From Bellilinea caldifistulae (GTDB taxonomy: Bacteria > Chloroflexota > Anaerolineae > Anaerolineales > Anaerolineaceae), in contig NZ_LGHJ01000012.1 of assembly GCF_001306055.1 (NCBI RefSeq), positions 1 to 32,000 of the forward strand: a stretch of 32,000 bases of DNA, in the 5' to 3' direction. The translations under genes and the position numbers were made by a program. Position 1 is the first letter of the stretch. Each line of letters begins with the position of its first letter. The notes beneath the pieces are model-generated. The model made no database searches and was not told the origin of the DNA. It was given only the letters and a program-made list of their open reading frames with translations. Of the stretch, positions 1 to 6,484 are shown one piece after another.

Positions 1-103
1 AGCCCTCTTGATGGAGATCTCAGAAGAGTGGCAGATCGGCAAACATTATTGCTCTGGCAAGTCATTTGATTGTTAAAGAACGATGGATATTTCTGACTCG
101 AAT

Positions 104-364
104 TTACAGAAAAAAGGTTGCGTAATCTCCTCTGACGTCTCGATTAATCATTTGGTCAATACCATAAATTGCTCCATCATCGGTAACACCTAGTATCAAC
201 TCGGACTCTTTACCCGTAAACCTACTGGTATTGGCAAGAGCGATAATATCCTTGATAAATTCCGCTTTGAGCCTGTTATCCCATAATTTAACATACGCCT
301 TTCGATCGAAGAGAAATCCTTCTTGTTGAGTTATTTTTCTTCGAAAGGATTCGTCACATGCCAT
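104..364 (-). CDS. Small AlbA_2/Schlafen-like domain protein (86 aa), possibly a truncated remnant
   Basis: Track ORF 104..544 was trimmed to the internal ATG at 364. A GGTGAGG SD-like element lies just upstream, and this start is 8 nt after the cas10 stop at 373. The stretch QEGFLFDRK...IIALANTSRFTGKESELILGVTDDGAIYGI resembles the N-terminal core of AlbA_2/Schlafen-type domains. The ORF is much shorter than typical family members. Confidence 0.45.
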   Translation of the reverse strand: MACDESFRRKITQQEGFLFDRKAYVKLWDNRLKAEFIKDIIALANTSRFTGKESELILGVTDDGAIYGIDQMINRDVRGDYATFFL

Positions 365-372
365 AGGGAACC

Positions 373-2916
373 TCACCTTCGCTCGCGGGTGATCAACTCT
401 GCCCAGCGGGCAGCCAGTCCAATCCATTCGATACTGCGGAAGTTCTCCTGCTTCAGCCGGCGGCGAATTTTCTCCACATCGTCCTTTGGCACATCTTTCA
501 ACCGGCTGAGGTGATACTCGGCCAGCCAGTTCCACGGCCCCCACAGCACCTGGATCTGGCCGGCGCGGTTAAGGTCCTCGCCGCTCTTGCGGCGTTCTTC
601 CAGCCTGGCCTGATACAACTCGTGCAGGCGAATCAACTTGCCGATCAGGGCGCGGTTTTCGTGACTTTCCACAATCTGCTTCAGCGTGAGCATCAGCGCA
701 TGGGCAGTATCTTCCTCTTCCTCCGCGTCTGCATGAAAGCCGAAACGTTCCCACGCCAGCGGCATTCTCAGAAAACTGAGCGCGTCCTTCTGCCGCTCTA
801 TACCGTTCTTCGCCCAACGGTGGTGTTTGGCCTGATCCTCGGCCGCGCCGGCTTCCTCAGCCGCCTGATAGAGCGGGTACTTACCACCCACCAGCACAAT
901 CCCTCCGCTGGGGTGAATATCGGGGTGACCGCCGGTAAAGCGGTTCAAATCGTGGCGCAGGCGCATGGCAAATTCCACCACCATATCCCAACTACCGACG
1001 AAGAACAGGTCATCGCCGCCGGAGTAAATTGAATACAGCCGTTGACTTTCCTCCTCGTTCATCTGGCGGGCAATTTCCCCCACCCAACCCTCGAAGAAAA
1101 GACTGACCGCGAAACTGAGCGAGGCAATCCGCGAGAGTGTGGCGCGCTCCTGCAATCCCTCGGCAAAGATCTTGCCAAGGTTGTCCACATCCATGCGCAG
1201 CACACCCAGCCGTTTGATGCCCCTGGCCTGCGCTTCCAGCACATTAAGCGGTTTGACTGAACCGGGCACCGGCAGTTGATCCACCTTGCCGCGCAGACCG
1301 GCATGTTCCCTTTCGCTGAGAATGGGCGTCACATTGACCAGCAGATAGCGCGCCATGGCACACTGCGGGCGGGGCAGACGGTGATTGAAGGCTTCATCGT
1401 TCAGCGCGAAGAGGATACCGGTCGCCTCGTTTTCCAGCTTTTCCAGCACCTGCACGGCATAACCAAACTGGCGGGTGATTGCCTGCCAGCCGCGGCCGGC
1501 CTGCATTTGAATCTGGGCTGGCGGTTCGCCTTCAACCGGCTGCAAAACAAGGTAGCGGGCTTTGCGCAGCAGTTTACCCAAATCCTCATAGGATTCGCAG
1601 ACCGGGCATTTGTTGACGGTTTCCTCAACCCCCTCATCCACCCGCCTGGGTTTGATGCCGGAATGCTCACGACCGCACACGGCGCACTGCTGAGGTGTGC
1701 TGCCGCCCACGCCGTGCGGCTCAAATACCCGGGCAAGGTCGACTTCCAGTCCTTCTAACCGCTTTAATTTGGCAGCGTTGATCTGTCCGATTAGCCCGTC
1801 CCACTGGTGGCGAATTTCTCCATTGAAGAAGTGCCTGCCGCTCAGGAGGCGCGCCTGCAAAATCAACCCCAGTTCGCCCTGATGTTCGTTAAACAGAGCG
1901 CGGCTGACCTGTGCCTGAATTTCAGGCAGTCTGGCAGCGTCCTCGCGCCGGGCAATCAGGTAAAAATTACCACCGCCGACGTAAATCAGGCTGGTTACCG
2001 GCAGGTGAAGTTGATCCAGTACATAACGGGCAATCACCAGCCCCAGCAACTGCAGGTAGAACGAACGCCCGCGCAGGCCACTGGCAGCGCCGCGCGCCGT
2101 AATGGTGTAAAGGAAACTCTGCACACCGGTCAGATCGCCGCCTACCAGGGTCACCAGATCATCCTCCACCCTTTCCGGCTGCTGAGCAAAGGCAGCCAGC
2201 TGTTCATCACTCAACGAGGGCGAATCGTAAAGAGCGACTGCCAGGGCAGCCGTCATGCGGCTGTGGTCATACAGGCTGATATCCGGGCGGCTTTTGTAAT
2301 ACGCCGAAGGCACGCACCACAGAAAGTGCTGCATTTCCGCCAGCAGGCTTTCGAGGTAGTAGGCAATATCGCCATCATTCTGGTAAGCGGTTTTTAATTT
2401 TTCCGCCTGAGCCACAAAGCCGCCGTAAAGTTTTTCATATTCCTTCCATAACTCCCCACCGTAGTCCTTTTCGGGAAAAAGATGGGTTTTGCTCAGTTCC
2501 AGCGTCTTGAGCGGCCAGTAAACCTGCGGCACTTCGTCTTCTCCCGCTTCCAGGCGCACATCGGAGAAAATGGAAAGCAAACGGGCGGGTTGTTTTTCAC
2601 GCTGAGAATCGTCAGACAGGCTGTCCGCTCGCTCACCGGCCGATAGGCGGTCGGCCAGTGCTACGGCGCTGGCCAGCCGGTCGTGCGGGCGATGGTGCTT
2701 GCCGATGGCAAACTTGACCTGCCCCTGCCACTGCGGCGGCAGGTAACGCTCGGCAAAATCCTCACTCAGCAGAGCATGTTTGTATTTGTAGTCCTGCTCC
2801 GCCTGCCTGTCCCAACTGCGGCTGGCACCCTCTGCGCCTCCCCGCAGGGCGAACTTGCCGATGTCGTGCAATAGACCGGCCAGCGCTGCCAGAAAAACCT
2901 GTTCTTTTTGCTCCAT
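373..2916 (-). CDS. cas10: Cas10 (Csm1-like type III CRISPR signature protein) with HD nuclease and GGDD cyclase motifs
   Basis: 847-aa ORF. N-terminal HD motif LLHDIGKF (HD codons at nt 2863-2868) plus GKHH. Palm1-type motifs GGDLTGVQSFLY and LRGRSFYL. Four-Cys module CAVCGRE-(22 aa)-CPVCES. Cyclase motif YSGGDDLFFVG (GGDD = nt 1009-1020). AAGGAGGG SD lies upstream of the ATG at 2916. Confidence 0.9.
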   Translation of the reverse strand: MEQKEQVFLAALAGLLHDIGKFALRGGAEGASRSWDRQAEQDYKYKHALLSEDFAERYLPPQWQGQVKFAIGKHHRPHDRLASAVALADRLSAGERADSLSDDSQREKQPARLLSIFSDVRLEAGEDEVPQVYWPLKTLELSKTHLFPEKDYGGELWKEYEKLYGGFVAQAEKLKTAYQNDGDIAYYLESLLAEMQHFLWCVPSAYYKSRPDISLYDHSRMTAALAVALYDSPSLSDEQLAAFAQQPERVEDDLVTLVGGDLTGVQSFLYTITARGAASGLRGRSFYLQLLGLVIARYVLDQLHLPVTSLIYVGGGNFYLIARREDAARLPEIQAQVSRALFNEHQGELGLILQARLLSGRHFFNGEIRHQWDGLIGQINAAKLKRLEGLEVDLARVFEPHGVGGSTPQQCAVCGREHSGIKPRRVDEGVEETVNKCPVCESYEDLGKLLRKARYLVLQPVEGEPPAQIQMQAGRGWQAITRQFGYAVQVLEKLENEATGILFALNDEAFNHRLPRPQCAMARYLLVNVTPILSEREHAGLRGKVDQLPVPGSVKPLNVLEAQARGIKRLGVLRMDVDNLGKIFAEGLQERATLSRIASLSFAVSLFFEGWVGEIARQMNEEESQRLYSIYSGGDDLFFVGSWDMVVEFAMRLRHDLNRFTGGHPDIHPSGGIVLVGGKYPLYQAAEEAGAAEDQAKHHRWAKNGIERQKDALSFLRMPLAWERFGFHADAEEEEDTAHALMLTLKQIVESHENRALIGKLIRLHELYQARLEERRKSGEDLNRAGQIQVLWGPWNWLAEYHLSRLKDVPKDDVEKIRRRLKQENFRSIEWIGLAARWAELITRERR

Positions 2917-2936
2917 TCATGCCCTCCTTTTTTGGT

Positions 2937-3007
2937 AAAAAAAGCACTGCTGGCAGCCGGGTTCCCCTCGGCTGCCCCCTGCAACCGCCACCGTCTGTCA
3001 GCAGTGC
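2937..3007 (-). terminator. Intrinsic terminator / attenuator between the CARF-HTH gene and cas10
   Basis: On the minus strand, GCACTGCT (3007-3000) pairs with AGCAGTGC (2951-2944). This outer stem encloses an inner 8-bp hairpin GGCAGCCG/CGGCTGCC (2976-2969 / 2959-2952). T7 (2943-2937) follows immediately. The cas10 SD and ATG follow within about 20 nt. Confidence 0.55.
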
Positions 3008-3025
3008 ATTTTGATTGTAGGTCGT

Positions 3026-3910
3026 TCAAGGGGAATTGTCATGCGGGTTTTCCCCTAATTTATTCGCAAAATACAACTGCAACAATGCCACCAACTGAGT
3101 GCGGTTGACACTCTCCATCTCCCAGTGCATGGCGGCTTTGCCGTAAGCAGCACGCAGGTGCTGCTCCACCGTGCGCGGTGAAAGGTACAGGTGAGCGGCA
3201 ATCTCGCGGTCGCTCCATCCGGTGGTGACCAGCGTTTCCACCACCTGCCGCTCGGCTGGGGTTAAGGTCCCCATCACAAAACTGTGAATCTCTTCACGGC
3301 GGCGCTCGAATTGCAGGCGGCGGATGGCTTGCAGCGCTGCCCACGGGTCGGGGATCCCGCGCAGACTCAACCAGGCCGGCGAAAGTTCACCCCAGCGCAC
3401 CACCGGAATGGAAGCCAGCTGCACCGCATCACCCGGCTGGGGGTGCAATCGCTTGCTGGTCAAAAAGTCGCCTGTGGAGTACAAATGCCACAGGCGATCT
3501 TCTTCATCGAACAACATTTGAGCCGCTACCATGCCGAAAATGGACATCGTCTTACGTCCGCCGGCAACCAGCAGGTGAACGGTTTCACCCCTGGATTTGG
3601 CATGGGCAATCCGTTGGTAAATCAAGCGCAGCACAGCCTCTCCGGCAGCACGGCTTTCGGTATCCGCAAAGGGCTTGCCATTCCCCTCCAGAGGGAGGAA
3701 AACAAAGGGGATGGGCGGGCTGGCATAATCGGCCGCAGCCGATTTCAAACGCACCAGAGCCTCCTCAATCGGCGTGCCGGGTGCACTGGTATGGACTATC
3801 TCCACTCGCTGAATGTCAATCCCATCGGCGCGCAGCAAATCCAGCCCGGCGGTGACCACCTGCGGTTCACTGCCCAGCGTTGCAATCAGGATGGGAACTT
3901 GATGAATCAT
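3026..3910 (-). CDS. CARF domain (NE0113/Cas_NE0113-like) fused to a LuxR/GerE-type HTH; putative cyclic-oligoadenylate-responsive transcription factor
   Basis: 294 aa. The N-terminus ILIATLGSEPQVVT and the motif LLVAGGRKTM match my recollection of the NE0113-family CARF signatures (GxSPQVVTE and GGRKTM). The C-terminus LTPAERQVVETLVTTGWSDREIAAHLYLSPRTVEQHLRAAYGK is a classic GerE/LuxR helix-turn-helix. No HEPN R-x4-6-H motif was seen. Confidence 0.8.
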   Translation of the reverse strand: MIHQVPILIATLGSEPQVVTAGLDLLRADGIDIQRVEIVHTSAPGTPIEEALVRLKSAAADYASPPIPFVFLPLEGNGKPFADTESRAAGEAVLRLIYQRIAHAKSRGETVHLLVAGGRKTMSIFGMVAAQMLFDEEDRLWHLYSTGDFLTSKRLHPQPGDAVQLASIPVVRWGELSPAWLSLRGIPDPWAALQAIRRLQFERRREEIHSFVMGTLTPAERQVVETLVTTGWSDREIAAHLYLSPRTVEQHLRAAYGKAAMHWEMESVNRTQLVALLQLYFANKLGENPHDNSP

Positions 3911-3959
3911 CAGATTACCCAGAATGACAGGTTCGAAAGAACACCCCGAAACTTTTCTT

Positions 3960-3986
3960 ATTATACAGGAAATGGTTATTTGTAAA
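3960..3986 (-). promoter_or_regulatory. Candidate sigma70-type promoter for the CARF-HTH gene
   Basis: The minus strand reads TTTACA-aataaccatttcctg-TATAAT, a 15-nt spacer with TG abutting the -10. It can alternatively be read as TTTACA-N17-ATAATA with an extended TGn. It sits about 45 nt upstream of the ATG at 3910. Sequence pattern only. Confidence 0.3.
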
Positions 3987-4085
3987 ACCTTAAAATACTA
4001 AAATCTTACCAGGCTGATGTACCGAAATACACCCTTTGAACCGGTTATCCTGCATTGCTGGGGGTTTGCCAAACTGATCCCATAT

Positions 4086-4907
4086 CGCCCCCTTCTGGAG
4101 TTGGAACCCGCCCAAAAAACAGAGGCGACGACGGGACATCGCCCCCTTCTGGGGGTTTGAACCCGTCCAAAAAACAGAGGCGACGACGGGACATCGCCCC
4201 CTTCGGGGGGTTTGAACCCGTCCAAAAAACAGAGGCGACGACGGGACATCGCCCCCTTGTGGGGGTTTGAACCCGTCCAAAAAACAGAGGCGACGACGGG
4301 ACATCGCCCCCTTCTGGGGGTTTGAACCCGCCCAAAAAACAGAGGCGACGACGGGACATCGCCCCCTTGTGGGGGTTTGAACCCGTCCAAAAAACAGAGG
4401 CGACGACGGGACATCGCCCCCTTCGGGGGGTTTGAACCCGTCCAAAAAAACAGAGGCGACGACGGGACATCGCCCCCTTCTGGGGGTTTGAACCCGTCCA
4501 AAAAAAAGAGGCGACGACGGGACATCGCCCCTTTCTGGGGGTTTGAACCCGTCCAAAAAAAAGAGGCGACGACGAGACATCGCCCCCTTCTGGGGGTTTG
4601 AACCCGTCCAAAAAAAAGAGGCGACGACGGGACATCGCCCCCTTCGGGGGGTTTGAACCCGTCCAAAAAACAGAGGCGACGACGGGACATCGCCCCCTTC
4701 TGGGGGTTTGAACCCGCCCAAAAAACAGAGGCGACGACGGGACATCGCCCCCTTCGGGGGGTTTGAACCCGCCCAAAAAACAGAGGCGACGACGGGACAT
4801 CGCCCCCTTCGGGGGGTTTGAACCCGTCCAAAAAACAGAGGCGACGACGGGACATCGCCCCCTTCGGGGGGTTTGAACCCGTCCAAAAAACAGAGGCGAC
4901 GACGGGA
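4086..4907. repeat. Tandem array of 15 x 55-bp units derived from the tRNA-Cys 3' half (T-arm + acceptor 3' strand) with an inserted GC hairpin
   Basis: Unit starts (cgccccc) are at 4086, 4140, 4195, 4250, 4305, 4360, 4415, 4471, 4526, 4581, 4636, 4691, 4746, 4801 and 4856. The period is 55, with one 54 and one 56. Plus-strand unit: cgcccccttcNgggggtttgaacccgtccaaaaaacagaggcgacgacgggacat. The last unit runs seamlessly into the tRNA-Cys 3' end (shared 17 nt, 4891-4907). A decayed partial copy lies at 4058-4085. Confidence 0.95.
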
Positions 4908-4964
4908 TTTGAACCCGTGATCAGGGTTTTGCAGACCCTTGCCTTACCACTTGGCCACGTCGCC
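4894..4964 (-). tRNA. tRNA-Cys (anticodon GCA)
   Basis: The reverse complement folds as GGCGACG-TG-GCC-AAGTGGTAA-GGC-A-AGGGT-CTGCAAA-ACCCT-GATC-ACGGG-TTCAAAT-CCCGT-CGTCGCC-T. It has a 7-bp acceptor stem, a GCA anticodon and a U73 discriminator, as expected for tRNA-Cys. CCA is not encoded. Confidence 0.9.
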
Positions 4965-4980
4965 TTACCTTGCAACTGTC

Positions 4981-5009
4981 ATTTTACTCAACAACCCGGC
5001 TTTGGTCAA
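4981..5009 (-). promoter_or_regulatory. Candidate promoter for tRNA-Cys (and the downstream repeat array)
   Basis: The minus strand reads TTGACC (5009-5004), N17, TAAAAT (4986-4981). The tRNA 5' end lies 16 nt downstream of the -10. Confidence 0.5.
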
Positions 5010-5017
5010 GCCAAACC

Positions 5018-6460
5018 TTAAATAACCAGCAAGTCCATAAATTCATTCACCGGCAAGCCATTCAACCGCTCGGCATCCTGACAAACTTTTAAAATCAGTC
5101 CAGCCTGTTTTGGTGGGAAGCGCCGCGCCAGGTTGGTTTTGAACTTCTCAATCAACAGAGGCACACCCTCTGCCCGCCGTCGGCGATGACCAATCGGGTA
5201 TTCCACCACGACCTGCTCCGTGTGGCTGCCATCGCGGAAGAACACCTGCACGGCATTGGCTATCGAGCGTTTGGCCGGGTCCAGGTAATCCTTGCTGAAT
5301 TGGGGATTCTCCACCACTTCCATCTTTTCCCGCAAGGCATCAATGCGCGGGTCCGCGGCCACTTCGTCTTCATAGTGACGAGCGGTCAGTTCACCAAAAA
5401 TCAAACCGACGGCGGTCATGTATTGAATGCAGTGATCGCGGTCGGCCGGGTTGTAGAGCGGTCCGCGCTTGTCAATGATACGAATGGCCGACTCATGGGT
5501 GGTGATGACCACTTTCTCCACCTCATCCAGCCGCTCCCGCACCAGTGGATGGAGCTGAAAAGCCGCCTCAACCGCCGTTTGGGCGTGAAATTCGGCCGGG
5601 AAGGAAATTTTGAACAGCACATTCTCCATCACATACGAGCCGAACGGCTGAGGCAGTTTGAAAGGCTGCCCGCGAAACAGGACATCATAAAACCCCCAGG
5701 TTTTTGCGCTCAACGCCGAGGGATAGCCCATCTCGCCCTTAATTGCCATCAGCGCCAGACGTACCCCTCGGCTGGTAGCATCCCCGGCTGCCCATGATTT
5801 CCGTGATCCGGTATTGGGCGCATGCCGATAGGTACGCAGCGGATGACCATCAATGAAGGCATTGGAAAGCGCGTTAATCACCTCATCCCTTGTACCGCCC
5901 AGCATCGCAGTCACCACCGCCGTGCTGGCCACTTTGACCAGAATGACATGGTCCAAACCGACCCGGTTAAAACTGTTTTCCAGCGCCATCACGCCTTGAA
6001 TTTCGTGGGCTTTGATCATGGCGGTCAACACGTCCCGCATGATTAACGGCTTTTTGCCATTAGCCACCGCCGTGCGCGAAAGCCAGTCGGCTGTCGCCAG
6101 AATGCCGCCAAGATTATCCGAAGGATGCCCCCATTCGGCTGCCAGCCAGGTGTCGTTATAGTCCAGCCAGCGGATCATTGCTCCGATGTTAAAGGCAGCG
6201 CTGACCGGATCCAGCACATACGGTGTGCCCGGCACCCGCGCCCCGTTGGGTACAATGGTCCCCGGCACCAGCGGGCCAAGTAATTTTGTACAGGCAGGAT
6301 AGGAAAGCGCCTCAAACCCACAGCCGAGGGTATCCATCAGGCACAGACGGGCCGTTTCGTAAGCCTCCGCGCTGGAGATGGGCGTATTCAAGGTGTAATC
6401 GGCAATTTGTACCAGCACATCATCCGGCTGGGGACGGATATTGCTCACCGTTTCGCTCAT
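5018..6460 (-). CDS. prpD: 2-methylcitrate dehydratase (MmgE/PrpD family)
   Basis: 480 aa. The conserved stretch [24 protein letters not shown] is typical of PrpD. It is the last gene of a prpB-prpC-prpD arrangement. Confidence 0.9.
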   Translation of the reverse strand: MSETVSNIRPQPDDVLVQIADYTLNTPISSAEAYETARLCLMDTLGCGFEALSYPACTKLLGPLVPGTIVPNGARVPGTPYVLDPVSAAFNIGAMIRWLDYNDTWLAAEWGHPSDNLGGILATADWLSRTAVANGKKPLIMRDVLTAMIKAHEIQGVMALENSFNRVGLDHVILVKVASTAVVTAMLGGTRDEVINALSNAFIDGHPLRTYRHAPNTGSRKSWAAGDATSRGVRLALMAIKGEMGYPSALSAKTWGFYDVLFRGQPFKLPQPFGSYVMENVLFKISFPAEFHAQTAVEAAFQLHPLVRERLDEVEKVVITTHESAIRIIDKRGPLYNPADRDHCIQYMTAVGLIFGELTARHYEDEVAADPRIDALREKMEVVENPQFSKDYLDPAKRSIANAVQVFFRDGSHTEQVVVEYPIGHRRRRAEGVPLLIEKFKTNLARRFPPKQAGLILKVCQDAERLNGLPVNEFMDLLVI

Positions 6461-6484
6461 GGATGGCTTCCGTTCAGAGATATT

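Noticed and set aside
1-103. A possible minus-strand ORF starting at ATG 65 (MTCQSNNVCRSATLL...) and running off the left edge
   Set aside because: Only 21 codons are visible, with no SD and no recognisable sequence. It cannot be supported from this window.
104-544. The full 146-aa version of the first ORF
   Set aside because: Its first 60 codons overlap the cas10 3' end in another frame and translate to Pro/Gly/Arg-rich sequence. An internal ATG at 364 with an SD, lying right after the cas10 stop, is the plausible start.
511-2397. Plus-strand ORFs inside cas10 (511..1032, 1276..1758, 1807..2397 and smaller ones)
   Set aside because: They are antisense shadow ORFs within a confidently identified 847-aa Cas10 gene. 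Their translations are low-complexity or Arg/Gly/Ala-rich, typical of GC-rich antisense frames, and they have no start signals.
3284-3985. 233-aa plus-strand ORF opposite the CARF-LuxR gene
   Set aside because: It is antisense to a gene with clear CARF and GerE motifs. It has no recognisable domains and extends through the promoter region.
4086-4907. A possible CRISPR array adjacent to cas10
   Set aside because: Adjacent 55-bp units are near-identical over their whole length, so there are no unique spacers. The period and the tRNA-derived content do not fit a repeat-spacer architecture. The array is reported as a tandem repeat instead.
3990-4975. Three long minus-strand ORFs (298, 325 and 251 aa) and several plus-strand ORFs with highly repetitive PPEGGDVPSSPLFFGRVQTPRRGRC-type translations
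   Set aside because: They lie entirely inside the 55-bp tandem array. The period is not a multiple of 3, so all three frames give the same permuted peptide. 1-nt length variants (54- and 56-nt units) shift the frame. There is no SD, and the unit is demonstrably tRNA-derived. The open frames simply reflect the lack of stop triplets in a GC-rich 55-mer.
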